Source: Candidatus Falkowbacteria bacterium (GTDB lineage Bacteria; Patescibacteriota; Patescibacteriia; CAIXNZ01). From it: DNA of 64,000 bases. Both the position numbers and the translations under genes were made by a program. Shown piece after piece: positions 19,283 to 29,231 of this stretch (positions are counted from its first letter, which is position 1; every line of letters starts with the position of its first letter). The DNA lies in NCBI GenBank assembly GCA_963774955.1, contig CAVZGV010000003.1:64771-128770 (forward strand), given 5' to 3'. The notes below the pieces were generated by a model that saw only the letters and a program-made list of their open reading frames with translations, ran no database searches and was not told the origin of the DNA.

Positions 19283-20209
19283 TTATGCCATGCTGCGCAA
19301 TTTGTTGATGCGGTCTGCCAACGGCGGATGAGTAGAAAAGAGGCCGCTTAGGAATTTTTTAGTCTGGCCAAAAGGATTGGCAATATATAAATGAGCCGTG
19401 GCATTATGGGCTCTTTTTAAGGGTTGAATATTCTCTTGTCCGATTTTTTCCAAAGCATTGGCTAAGCCCTGAGGATAGCGGGTTAAAAGTGAACCATCAG
19501 CGTCAGCTAAATATTCGCGTTTGCGGGAAATTGCTAATTTGATAAGTTCGGCTATCAGCGGGGTAAGCAGGGCAACAAAGATGCCGATGATGATAAAAAT
19601 TCCGGCAGATTTACTATCATCTCCTTTATGGAAAAGGCCTCGCATCAGCCAGTCCGCCAAAAGTGCGATCACGCCGACCAAAACCAGGACAACCATCATC
19701 AAGCGGATATCATAATTTTTTACATGCGAAAGTTCGTGGGCAATCACACCTTCCAGTTCTTCATTGGTTAATTTGCTGATGGCGCCGCTGGTGAGCGCAA
19801 TAGATGCGTGTTGCGGATCTCTGCCAGTGGCAAAGGCATTGATATTCTGGTCTTCGATAATATAAATTTTAGGCAGGGGCAGGCCAGCAGTCAGACAGAG
19901 ATTTTCCACCATATGAAACACGTATTTATTTTCATCATGAGTGATTTCTTTGGCGCCCGAGCTAGATAAGGCGACTTTATCGCCGGCATAGTAGCTGACC
20001 AGAGTCATAATCATAGAAATTATAATTGCCGCAATGAGTCCCAGAGAACCGCTTTCAGTCAGATAACCAAAAAGCCAGCCCAAAGACAGAATAAAGGCGA
20101 TAAAAATAATAATTAAGAAAACAGTTTTGCGTTTATTGGAGTCAATTTGTTGATACATATTTTTGCTTATAGCAGATAGCTTATGGCAAATAGTTAAACT
20201 ATTTGCCAT
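19283..20209 (-). CDS. htpX: zinc metalloprotease HtpX (M48)
   Basis: HELSHVKN HExxH motif, N-terminal TM helices, lemA neighbour. Confidence 0.85.
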   Translation of the reverse strand: MANSLTICHKLSAISKNMYQQIDSNKRKTVFLIIIFIAFILSLGWLFGYLTESGSLGLIAAIIISMIMTLVSYYAGDKVALSSSGAKEITHDENKYVFHMVENLCLTAGLPLPKIYIIEDQNINAFATGRDPQHASIALTSGAISKLTNEELEGVIAHELSHVKNYDIRLMMVVLVLVGVIALLADWLMRGLFHKGDDSKSAGIFIIIGIFVALLTPLIAELIKLAISRKREYLADADGSLLTRYPQGLANALEKIGQENIQPLKRAHNATAHLYIANPFGQTKKFLSGLFSTHPPLADRINKLRSMA

Positions 20210-20222
20210 TGGTCATATGCTA

Positions 20223-20774
20223 TTAGAATTGAACTTTGGGTGCTTCTTTTTCTTCAGCTTCAATCTGGAAAAAGTCGTATTTTTTAAAGCCAAGCATGCC
20301 GGCGATCATATTGTTTGGGAAAACTTGAATTTTGGTGTTGAAATCGCGGACATTGCCGTTGTAAAAGCGGCGGGATGCCTGGATTTTGTTTTCAGTGTCG
20401 CTCAATTCATCCTGAAGCTGTAAAAAGTTGGTGCTGGCTTTCAAATCAGGATAAGCTTCAGCAACCGCAAATAATGACTTCAAAGTTCCTGATAAAATGT
20501 TTTCAGCCTCGCCTTTTTCTTCTATTCCCTTGGCTTGCATAGCTTGGGAGCGGGCTTCAGTGACTTTCTGGAAAACCTGGTTTTCATGGCCGGCATAGGC
20601 TTTGACTGTTTCCACTAAATTGGGAATCAGGTCATATCTTCTTTTTAATTGGACGTCAATATCTGACCAGGCTTCATCAACTCGGTTACGGCTTCTGATT
20701 AAATCATTATAAACCGCAATTAGCCATAAAAGCACAACGCCGATAATGACCAGAATTATTACCAAAATAGGCAT
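20223..20774 (-). CDS. lemA: LemA family protein
   Basis: N-terminal TM, conserved RRYDLIPNLVETVKAYAGHE region. Confidence 0.8.
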   Translation of the reverse strand: MPILVIILVIIGVVLLWLIAVYNDLIRSRNRVDEAWSDIDVQLKRRYDLIPNLVETVKAYAGHENQVFQKVTEARSQAMQAKGIEEKGEAENILSGTLKSLFAVAEAYPDLKASTNFLQLQDELSDTENKIQASRRFYNGNVRDFNTKIQVFPNNMIAGMLGFKKYDFFQIEAEEKEAPKVQF

Positions 20775-21011
20775 AATTTTTTGCTTTAATTAATTAAATT
20801 TAATATACTTAATTCAGCTATTTTATAAGGGCAGGTGTTTTAGCAAATATAAACAAAACTGGCCAAAATAAAACAGCCTGAAATTATGTCCTCATGAGTT
20901 AATTATAGTATGAAAATTGTGCTAATGTCAAAAGAAATTTATTATTTTTAATTAAATTTTCCCCAGTCAGCAATATTTTGCTGTAATTAGGGAAGATTTT
21001 GGAGAAAAAAT

Positions 21012-22196
21012 ATGATTTTCAAACGTCAACAATCATCAAGGCTATTAATCGCGGGCTTAGCGCTATTTGTGGTAATATTTTTTTTAACTTGCCCTAGTGC
21101 GAGTCAGGCAAATTTTGAGTCCAAGGACACTTCCGGCAATGTTTATATTCCGACAGGGACAGTTTTTGAGAATGTTTTTTATTTGGCGGGACAGAATTTA
21201 ACCATTAATGCCAGCATGAAAGATGATGTTTATCTGGCAGGCGCTAACATAAATATCTCCGGTCCGATTGAAGGCGATTTAATCGTCGCCGGTTCAAATG
21301 TAGTTATTAATTCGGAAATTAAGGGTGATTTAAGGGTAGCGGCTGGTTCGGTTACCATTAATGGCAAAGTAAATGGCAATACAACGATTTTGTCCGGTAT
21401 GGTTACTTTGTCTCAGAATTCCGAATTTGGCAAAAGTGTAATTATGTTGGCTGGTAATGGGGAGGTTTACGGTAAAATTAATAAGAATTTGTATGCTGCA
21501 GCGGGAAATGTCATATTAAATAATGAAATTTTAGGCAGTGCTTATTTAACAATCGATAGTGACGGAAGTTTAATTTTACAACCTGAAACCAATATTTATG
21601 GCAATTTGGAGTATACGGCCAGCCAAACCGCCAATATTATTTCAGGGGCAAAAATACAAAATGAAGAAAAATTCACTCAACGTCAGCCTCAAGCCGCAGG
21701 GCGTTCAAATAAAGGTATGGGTTTTGTCCTGGTACTCTGGTTGGCTGGTTTATTGGGCTCAATAATTGTCGGATTGATCATTGTTTTTGTTTTCAAAAAT
21801 CAGACAGTTAAAATTTTAAAGCAGCTGGAAATTAAAGTGCTGCTGACCATGCTTGCCGGTTTAGTTTATTTGATCGTCACCCCGATTGCTTTATTGATTT
21901 TGGCAGTAACCATCATCGGCTTACCTTTGGCTTTGATTATAGGTGCTTTTTTTGCCATTGCACTATTTATCAGTCGTATCTTTGTTGCCATTTATGTGGG
22001 CCAATTGATATTCAAAAATATTTTCAAACAAAAAGAAACATCAGCTGTCTGGTCAATGATTCTGGGCTTGGTATTATTATATGTTGTTTGTTGGTTACCA
22101 CTTTTAGGCTGGCTGGTTAAACTCGTTGTTTTGTTGTGGGGTTTAGGTGCCTTGATGGCCATTGTCAAAAAAGATCTTAATTTGGGAAATAATTAA
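21012..22196 (+). CDS. secreted/membrane protein with bactofilin-like beta-helical repeats and 4 C-terminal TM helices
   Basis: signal peptide; repeated xGDLxVAGSxVxIN motifs; terminator 22215-22245. Confidence 0.5.
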   Translation: MIFKRQQSSRLLIAGLALFVVIFFLTCPSASQANFESKDTSGNVYIPTGTVFENVFYLAGQNLTINASMKDDVYLAGANINISGPIEGDLIVAGSNVVINSEIKGDLRVAAGSVTINGKVNGNTTILSGMVTLSQNSEFGKSVIMLAGNGEVYGKINKNLYAAAGNVILNNEILGSAYLTIDSDGSLILQPETNIYGNLEYTASQTANIISGAKIQNEEKFTQRQPQAAGRSNKGMGFVLVLWLAGLLGSIIVGLIIVFVFKNQTVKILKQLEIKVLLTMLAGLVYLIVTPIALLILAVTIIGLPLALIIGAFFAIALFISRIFVAIYVGQLIFKNIFKQKETSAVWSMILGLVLLYVVCWLPLLGWLVKLVVLLWGLGALMAIVKKDLNLGNN

Positions 22197-22252
22197 AGAA
22201 AGCCTGAAGGCAGAAGTCTGGACTTCTGCCTTCTTGTTTAGGGTTTAAATAT

Positions 22253-23596
22253 ATGATCAATCCTTCCATTTTCAAAGCCTATGACGTGCGCGGCATTTAT
22301 CCTTCAGAAATTGACGAAAGCGCTGTTTATAAAATCGCTCAGGCTTATGCCAAGGTTTTTCAGCCCCAGAGCGCAATTGTTTTAGGCAAAGATGTGCGTT
22401 TATCTTCTCACAGTTTGTGGCAGTCAGCTGTCAAAGGCTTAACAGATGCCGGAATCGATGTCATTGATATCGGGACAATTTCCACGGATATGCTTTATTT
22501 TAGCGTGGCTAAATATGGCTATAGTGGGGGCCTGTCAGTTACTGCTTCCCATAATCCCAAAGAGTATAACGGTCTGAAATTTGTCAGAGAAAAGGCCATT
22601 GCCATATCAGGAGACACTGGCATTATGGATATGCGTGATCAGGCCTTGAAAAATGAACAAATCATGGAGCCGGAAAAGGGGGAAATAATTAAAAAAGACA
22701 TACTTTCAGATTATGCCGAGCACTGTTTGAGTTTTATTGATACTAAGGCTATTAAGCCTATGAAAATTGTAGCTAATGCCAATTTTGGCATGGCCGGAGT
22801 GGCGATTAATAAAATTTTGGAAGATATTCCGGTGGAAATAGTACCTTTAGATTTTGAACCTAATGGCAATTTCCCTAAGGGGCGACCAGATCCGATGATT
22901 CTGGAGAGAAGAAAAGAAACCGAAGAATTGGTCATATCTGCCAAGGCTGACTTGGGTGTAGCCTGGGATGCTGATGCTGACCGCTGTTTTCTTTTTGATG
23001 AAAATGGAGAATATGTTGATAATTATTATTTAACCGCGATATTGGCTGAATTATTTTTAGAAAAATCTCATAAAAAGGAAAAAATAATCTTGGATCCCAG
23101 GCAGTATTGGGCTGTGGCAGATACGGTAGCCAAGGCCGGGGGTGAATCAATCATGAATAAAGTCGGGCATGCTTTTATTAAAGACAGAATGCGCAAAGAA
23201 AACGTGCTTTTTGCCGGAGAAATTACGGGTCATTTTTATTTCCGCGATAATTTTTTCTGTGATAACGGCATGATTCCTTTGCTGTTAATTTTAGAAAAAC
23301 TAAGTCAAGAGGGGATTAAATTGTCGGAATTGGCAGATCCTTTTCGAAAAAAATATTTCATTTCCGGTGAAATTAATACCAAAGTAAATGATCCTGATGT
23401 GGTTTTAAAAAATGCTGAAGCCAAATATTCCGACGGTGAAATTTTACATATTGACGGCGTGTCAGTGGAATATAAAGACTGGCGTTTTAATTTGCGTAAA
23501 TCAAATACCGAACCATTAATTCGCTTGAATGTAGAGGCAAAATCGCAAGCGCTAGTTGACGAGAAGGTTAAGGAATTGTTGACTTTAATAAAATAG
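22253..23596 (+). CDS. phosphoglucomutase/phosphomannomutase (alpha-D-phosphohexomutase)
   Basis: active-site TASHNPKEYNGLK, metal-binding DADADR. Confidence 0.85.
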   Translation: MINPSIFKAYDVRGIYPSEIDESAVYKIAQAYAKVFQPQSAIVLGKDVRLSSHSLWQSAVKGLTDAGIDVIDIGTISTDMLYFSVAKYGYSGGLSVTASHNPKEYNGLKFVREKAIAISGDTGIMDMRDQALKNEQIMEPEKGEIIKKDILSDYAEHCLSFIDTKAIKPMKIVANANFGMAGVAINKILEDIPVEIVPLDFEPNGNFPKGRPDPMILERRKETEELVISAKADLGVAWDADADRCFLFDENGEYVDNYYLTAILAELFLEKSHKKEKIILDPRQYWAVADTVAKAGGESIMNKVGHAFIKDRMRKENVLFAGEITGHFYFRDNFFCDNGMIPLLLILEKLSQEGIKLSELADPFRKKYFISGEINTKVNDPDVVLKNAEAKYSDGEILHIDGVSVEYKDWRFNLRKSNTEPLIRLNVEAKSQALVDEKVKELLTLIK

Positions 23597-23610
23597 ATGA
23601 AGGCTGAAGA

Positions 23611-23694
23611 GCGAAAACGGCTGTTTTTAAGGAAGGTAGAGACGCGCTGCAGCGCGTCTCTACAGGCCAATGTCCTCGATGTCAGCCGTTTTCG
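23611..23694. repeat. nested GC-rich hairpin: outer 13-bp IR (agcgaaaacggctg / cagccgttttcgc) enclosing perfect palindrome gagacgcgc-tgca-gcgcgtctc
   Basis: read directly, between phosphohexomutase and next gene. Confidence 0.6.
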
Positions 23695-24647
23695 CCCGGA
23701 GATCAAATATGAACAAAGAAAAACCACAAGTAAAAAATGAATCCGCGCCGGCCTTGGAAATGGCTCGGCAGGCTTTGGGTCGGGTAAAAGAACTGGATCT
23801 GACGCCGGAAGAAAAAGAAGAAGTAATGCAGATGATTGATCAGGCAAAAAAGGAAGAATCCAGCGGTAATAAAGCTAAGGCGTTGGTGGTTTATAATGAG
23901 TTGTTAAGAAAATTAAAGGAAAGAAAAAACCCAGTTTCTGAAGTTATTAAATTTACTACACCTGAAGGCAAGGAAATAAATATTGATTTAGGTAAAGAAT
24001 TGGAATATTGGTCTGATTTTTATAATGAAATTGGTCTTGATTGGATAAAAATGCCCAAGCGTATTACTTTATCACAGGAACAAAAAGAAACATTGGTAAA
24101 AGGCGCTTTGGCTTTATGTCCTAATGGTCATTATGAAAAACTTAAATTATTAATAATCCCGGAGGGTATTGCTGATAAAAGTGATGATTATAGAAAATTA
24201 ACAAAGTTAGTCAGCAAAAATTTCAAAGTTAGTTTATCTGCGGATCCCATTTATGGTTTAGAAAATAAACCTGGGAAATTGAAGTTAATATTAGTCAAGG
24301 ATGCCAAAGAGTTAAGAAACGATAAAGTTTATCAGAATACTGCAAATTTATCTTTTAATGATTTAACTGCTGAAGGAGGACTTTTTGAACGAAAAGGATT
24401 GCAAAGCATTGATGTGGCGACTTATCTTATTTGGCAAATGGAAGCTAAATTAAGAACAGGAGAATTATTAGATAAAATGAGTCAGGTCTGGCTGACTGAA
24501 AATAAGTTACCTCAAGGAATTTTTCCGGAAACAAGAGAATTATCCTCTTATGTTGTCGGGGATAAATTATTCTTTGAAAGAAATAATCCCGATTATTATG
24601 CGCCACAATTGGGTTGCCGTCTTGCTTGCACAGTGGAAATTGAATAA
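23670..24647 (+). CDS. hypothetical protein (true start probably ATG 23709, MNKEK)
   Basis: ORF track; 5' part overlaps hairpin element. Confidence 0.5.
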   Translation: MSSMSAVFARRSNMNKEKPQVKNESAPALEMARQALGRVKELDLTPEEKEEVMQMIDQAKKEESSGNKAKALVVYNELLRKLKERKNPVSEVIKFTTPEGKEINIDLGKELEYWSDFYNEIGLDWIKMPKRITLSQEQKETLVKGALALCPNGHYEKLKLLIIPEGIADKSDDYRKLTKLVSKNFKVSLSADPIYGLENKPGKLKLILVKDAKELRNDKVYQNTANLSFNDLTAEGGLFERKGLQSIDVATYLIWQMEAKLRTGELLDKMSQVWLTENKLPQGIFPETRELSSYVVGDKLFFERNNPDYYAPQLGCRLACTVEIE

Positions 24648-24674
24648 AAAATATAAAAAGGTTTTACAAATAAT

Positions 24675-25478
24675 ATGAAGATCGGTATTTTTGATTCAGG
24701 CTTGGGTGGCCTGATTATTTTAAAAGAAATCATAAAAAAACTGCCGCAGTATGATTACATTTACCTGGGCGATAATGCGCGGACGCCGTATGGCAACCGC
24801 TCGCAGGAGGTAATCTATAAGTTTACAGAACAGGCAGTTGATTTTTTGTTTAAACAAAATTGCCAGCTGGTAATTATTGCCTGTAATACGGCTTCGGCTG
24901 AAGCTTTGCGTAAAATTCAGCAGGAGTGGCTGCCCAAGAATTATCCTGACAGGCGAGTGCTGGGAGTTATCAGACCAGTAGTAGAACAAGCGGTTAAAAC
25001 TGCGAAAAAGAAAATCGGGGTCATCGGCACCAAAGGCACGGTGGCTTCGCAGGCCTATATTCATGAAATTACCAAATTGAACCCTAAGCTTGAAGTTTTA
25101 CAGCAGGCCTGTCCGCTTTTGGTGCCTTTGGTTGAAGAAGGCTGGCAAAAATCAGATGTGACTAAACGAGTTTTACGAACATATTTGAAACCATTAAAAT
25201 CAGCAAAAGTAGATACTTTAATTTTGGGCTGTACCCATTATCCGATTTTATATAAAGAAATTCAGGGCATAATGGGCCCAAGAACTAAAGTTTTGCATTC
25301 CGGTGAAATCGTGGCTGAGTCTTTGGTTGATTATTTGGGGCGACATCCGGAAATTGAAACTAAATTAGATAAAAACTCTCAAAATATTTTTTACGTGACT
25401 GATTTGTCGGCGCATTACCAGATATTGGGGGAGGGCTGGTTTGGGCAGGGGATTAAGTTTGAAAAAGTTAGTTTATAA
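24675..25478 (+). CDS. murI: glutamate racemase
   Basis: IFDSGLGGL, ACNTAS, GCTHYP motifs. Confidence 0.9.
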   Translation: MKIGIFDSGLGGLIILKEIIKKLPQYDYIYLGDNARTPYGNRSQEVIYKFTEQAVDFLFKQNCQLVIIACNTASAEALRKIQQEWLPKNYPDRRVLGVIRPVVEQAVKTAKKKIGVIGTKGTVASQAYIHEITKLNPKLEVLQQACPLLVPLVEEGWQKSDVTKRVLRTYLKPLKSAKVDTLILGCTHYPILYKEIQGIMGPRTKVLHSGEIVAESLVDYLGRHPEIETKLDKNSQNIFYVTDLSAHYQILGEGWFGQGIKFEKVSL

Positions 25479-25574
25479 GGTTCTATTAGGTTAGATGAGG
25501 TTTTATAAAGTTATATAAGGTTGCGATGAGGAAATAAAAAATCCCGGACCAGGTGGCCGGGATTTTGGGTTTTA

Positions 25575-26213
25575 TCAGAGTTCCTTCTGGCCTCGAATTT
25601 CTTCTCTTTCGAGGTATAACTCTTTTAGTTTTTGCCGCAGCTTTTCATTATTAATATTTCTGCCTTTTAAGCGACGGGTAAGCTTGGCAATTATTTGATT
25701 GACTCGTCCGCCGGAAATATCAAATTTTCGTCCGATTTCCTCGTATGAATATTCCCGGTGCTCCGGATTTAATCCGAATTTGAGTCTTATCATTTCTTCT
25801 TCTTTCGGCGAAAATTGAGCAATTGACTGCTCAATGGTTTCCAGAAGTTCTGTTTCCACTATCTCCAGATACGGTTCTGAAACAGTAGGCAAGCATTTGA
25901 GCCTTGATATGTCTGTGGCACTCAGTTCATGCAGAGACAATTCAATCGCTCTTTTAGGAGATTCAAGCTGATAGAGCTTCAGGGGAAAAAGTAGGTCAAT
26001 ATTAATTTTGAGAATTTCTGACAACCTGACGCAAAACGGCAGCCAGTTGCCTCGTTTGCCAATGGGTGATTTTTTCAGGTTGATCAAATCTCCAATATAG
26101 GTCATATGCAGGCCGCATTGCCGGCTAAAGGCGGCAATTGAAGCGTAGTTATCATAAATAGCATGATAAAGAACATTATTTCGGACTCTGATTTCCACTC
26201 GTACTTCTTCCAT
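25575..26213 (-). CDS. sigma-70 region 3/4-containing HTH protein (no recognisable region 2)
   Basis: SYEEIGRKFDISGGRVNQIIAKLTRRLK region-4 HTH. Confidence 0.5.
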   Translation of the reverse strand: MEEVRVEIRVRNNVLYHAIYDNYASIAAFSRQCGLHMTYIGDLINLKKSPIGKRGNWLPFCVRLSEILKINIDLLFPLKLYQLESPKRAIELSLHELSATDISRLKCLPTVSEPYLEIVETELLETIEQSIAQFSPKEEEMIRLKFGLNPEHREYSYEEIGRKFDISGGRVNQIIAKLTRRLKGRNINNEKLRQKLKELYLEREEIRGQKEL

Positions 26214-26305
26214 CTTTTTTCTCCTTTGTCAGAGTAGACCTTGGCGACACATTAAATCAATTTAGCAATGATTTTGAGATTTGTCAATAATAAATTTAAG
26301 ATAAT

Positions 26306-26339
26306 ATAAAAGAAAAGGAGCTCCGCAACGCGGAGCTCC
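26306..26339 (-). terminator. intrinsic terminator for gene 26355-28208 (palindrome ggagctccgc-aac-gcggagctcc + T-run on minus strand)
   Basis: perfect 10-bp stem then cttttctttt on minus strand. Confidence 0.7.
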
Positions 26340-26354
26340 TTTGATAATTTGTGG

Positions 26355-28208
26355 CTATGGCTTGTCGCTGAGCAGTTGCTCCAGTTGTTTCAGTTGCTCA
26401 GGAGTCAGGTTGTCCAGCCGTCGTTTGACTTCTTCGTTGTCTGTGTTGGTTTCGGCTTCTGCTTGCGCCGGTACGGTGATAGCATCGCTGGCTTGCTGAA
26501 TTTCGGATTTGGTAAATTCCACATCCGGCAGGTCAAAGCTTGCCATCTGGATAATGCCTTCGTTTGTTTCCAGGTAGGTAATCTTGGCTTGGTCATTGTC
26601 GCGGGCAATAGCCAGTTCTTCGGAGATTTTACTGGTACCGGAAAAAAGCTTGTCAGGCATTTGGTCCAGCCAAACGTAGTATATGGTTACTCCGTTTTGG
26701 CTGTCAGCTGCGATGCGTTTAATTTTGCCTTCAGCTTTTTTTACGTACTTTTCATTACTGGGAGCCATGGTATTGCCGTTGGAAGCCAGTAGCTTGCGAT
26801 ACTCGGCCAGTAATTCCGTTTTGTCCTGTCCGAATGCAACTCGTGAAGACGAGGCTTCGACCATGGCAATGCGCTGGAAAACATGCTGGTCCGAAAGAAT
26901 CGGTACCACCCAGGTAAGGGTGCCGTAAATGTTATAAAGGATTGGATCAGTCGGATGCCATTTGGCAGATTCTGCGCCTAAACCGCTGGAAACAGCCTGG
27001 ATTACCGCTGTTTCATTGGCGCCGTTGATGCGGTAGAAATATGATTTGGCGTTGCGAGAGTTGATCATCAGAAATCCGACCAAGGCGTTATCGCTGGCAG
27101 AAGATGAGGTCATGCCGGTAAACCAGTATGGCTGGCCGTCATTACCGTAGACTAGCCACATATCCAGTTTGCCTGCGACTTCTGTGGGAATCATCACATC
27201 CTGTTCCGACCAGATTGAATTCCACCAGCCGCGGGTGTATTTGCCCCGCCACTTGGCATACGAAAAAGCGATTTTCTGAGGGATGATTCGATCCACCCAG
27301 ACAGGAGCTTCTTCTGGTTTGTATTTTTCAATCTCTCCGGTTTCCGCGTTGACCAGAATTACTCCGGTAACCTTGTCGCCGGTGTAATGATGGATTAGGT
27401 CGTATTTGGTGATGACCCAATAAGGGTTCAATTCATCATCAACTTCAAAGGTAAAATCGGTCAGGCCGGTAAACTGGTAACCTTTGGCATAGACATAACG
27501 TCTGAGGTTGTCGCTAAACCAGCCGGTGGTGACATATTTCAATTTGCGCTGTTCAATCCTGACGGGTCGGTTGCGATCCTCGGCATTGACCATGATAAAA
27601 CCATAGGTTTCCCCATAGCTTTGCCAGGAGGCAAAACCATTGAATTCCAGGGGAGCAACCCACCACAGTTCGTCTTTGACGCGCTGGATATGGAGTGTGC
27701 CCACATGGAAACGGCTGCCGATATTGCCGGGGATTTTGCCGATGTCCTGATTGCCCAACCATTCGGCGTGTTCCTGGTCAATGATCCTGATGTGCTTGGT
27801 ATCAATCGGCTGAAAATCATCCTGCCAGGATTTATCTTCCACCTTGCCGATCATATCCCGCAGATTGACTGACTGGAACATACCCATGGAAAGGATACCC
27901 CGGATCAAAACCAGAACCAGCAGAACCACGAAAAGATAAGTGCCGCCGGGAAGCTCCTCCGAGGTTATCCCGGTGATTAATAGATTGATACTCATGGTCA
28001 GCAAAATCATGAAACTCAGACCCCAGAACGGTCCATAAAGACCGGGGCAGACGGCATAAACAATGCCTACCCATAAGATCAGGGCTACAACTGAACGGAT
28101 GATCCAACCCAAAAGCCATTTGCCATGACCGTCTTCTTTCAGTTGATTGAAATTGGGGTTAAACCCGCCGACGACGCTGACGATAAAAGCCACCCAAAGA
28201 TAACTCAT
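26355..28208 (-). CDS. hypothetical large membrane protein (N-terminal polytopic region + about 450-aa soluble domain); codon usage more GC-rich than neighbours
   Basis: 617-aa intact ORF, 4-5 N-terminal TM helices. Confidence 0.55.
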   Translation of the reverse strand: MSYLWVAFIVSVVGGFNPNFNQLKEDGHGKWLLGWIIRSVVALILWVGIVYAVCPGLYGPFWGLSFMILLTMSINLLITGITSEELPGGTYLFVVLLVLVLIRGILSMGMFQSVNLRDMIGKVEDKSWQDDFQPIDTKHIRIIDQEHAEWLGNQDIGKIPGNIGSRFHVGTLHIQRVKDELWWVAPLEFNGFASWQSYGETYGFIMVNAEDRNRPVRIEQRKLKYVTTGWFSDNLRRYVYAKGYQFTGLTDFTFEVDDELNPYWVITKYDLIHHYTGDKVTGVILVNAETGEIEKYKPEEAPVWVDRIIPQKIAFSYAKWRGKYTRGWWNSIWSEQDVMIPTEVAGKLDMWLVYGNDGQPYWFTGMTSSSASDNALVGFLMINSRNAKSYFYRINGANETAVIQAVSSGLGAESAKWHPTDPILYNIYGTLTWVVPILSDQHVFQRIAMVEASSSRVAFGQDKTELLAEYRKLLASNGNTMAPSNEKYVKKAEGKIKRIAADSQNGVTIYYVWLDQMPDKLFSGTSKISEELAIARDNDQAKITYLETNEGIIQMASFDLPDVEFTKSEIQQASDAITVPAQAEAETNTDNEEVKRRLDNLTPEQLKQLEQLLSDKP

Positions 28209-28684
28209 TTTCTTTACTCCTTTTCTTCTGTTTTTGAGGTACGTTTTTGTACTAAAAAGTACAAATAGCCATAAAAATTTACGACACCTTAGTATATAAT
28301 TTTAAAAGATTTTTGTCAATAAAAAAGACGACCTGCTATTTTGGGTCGTCTAGGTAAAACATCACTGAGATTTTTCAGGATTTGAATTCAAAATGGAATT
28401 AGAGTTTTTATCCTTGCGGATTAGGATAAGACTAAAAGCAAAGGGAGTTTGTCTTTTAGATTATCCATCGGGACGGCTGATTGTTACATATCCAGGCCAT
28501 TGGCCTTGGTCTTGTAAACTGATCAACCAAACTCTTGGAACAAGCATTTGGCAATGCCTGATCCTCTTAACCCGACGTTGGTTTTTATAGCCAGAAACCA
28601 GCATTCTTGTCTGACTATTTTGAGATAACTCAATTAAAAACCAACAATTTTAGTAATAATAACTTATCATATTATTGAATTTTT

Positions 28685-29128
28685 GTCAAGATTAATAAAA
28701 AAGCGGTCAGACAGGGTCTGACCGCGTAATGGTTTGGTTCGGATTCCGGGAGGCGCTGGGCGTCTTCCGCTTATAAGGCCAATTGGTCTTACTGGAATCC
28801 GATTTTTAAAGCGACCAGTGCCGCTTTAAATACAATATTAAGTGTTTCTGGGCGTCTCAAAAGCCAAGATGCTTGAGGATACGGCTAAAAGCGGATTTGC
28901 GCAAACCCACTCAAGCTTCTCCATCGGGCAGAGCAATCTTTCCTGATCGGAGGCAAATATCCTTAGAAAAGATTGCCAACACTTGGCCAGCGCTTCCTCG
29001 AGGCGGGGCTGCCTACCCCAAGCGCCAACCTTCAAACCCGACGTCAGATCCGGAGGCCGAACATTTGCCTCACTTACGCGACCGCATTTACGGCAGTCCA
29101 TGACCTGACAATTTAAATTTCGATTATG
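28685..29128 (-). ncRNA. candidate structured ncRNA of about 440 nt, unidentified class
   Basis: minus-strand sigma70 promoter TTGACA-17-TAATAT (plus coords 29134-29162), GC-rich body, intrinsic terminator gcggtcagaccctgtctgaccgc+TTTTTT at 28688-28716; only short, GC-codon-biased ORFs inside. Confidence 0.5.
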
Positions 29129-29133
29129 CTGCC

Positions 29134-29162
29134 ATATTAGCAAAAATAATAGGTAATGTCAA
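29134..29162 (-). promoter_or_regulatory. sigma70-type promoter (TTGACA, 17-nt spacer, TAATAT) driving the candidate ncRNA
   Basis: revcomp of 29157-29162 = TTGACA; revcomp of 29134-29139 = TAATAT. Confidence 0.6.
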
Positions 29163-29231
29163 TGGTTTGCCTTTTATTTTATTTTGAGATAAAATTAGAG
29201 TATTCAATTTATTATTTAACTTTTCAATACA

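Noticed and set aside
28685-29128. Assigning the candidate ncRNA to RNase P RNA or tmRNA
   Set aside because: I could not find the universal P4 motifs (GGAAAGUCCGGGC / ACAGAANCCGGCUUA), a tRNA-like T-arm, or a tag-peptide ORF ending in an Ala-Ala stop. Class is left open.
28838-29143. 101-aa minus-strand ORF and 76-aa plus-strand ORF in the GC-rich segment
   Set aside because: The 101-aa ORF's start lies inside the -35/-10 spacer of the promoter. GC-rich codon use is unlike that of the host genes. The region is better explained as a structured RNA, although an 87-aa CxxC peptide from ATG 29082 is kept as an alternative in the findings.
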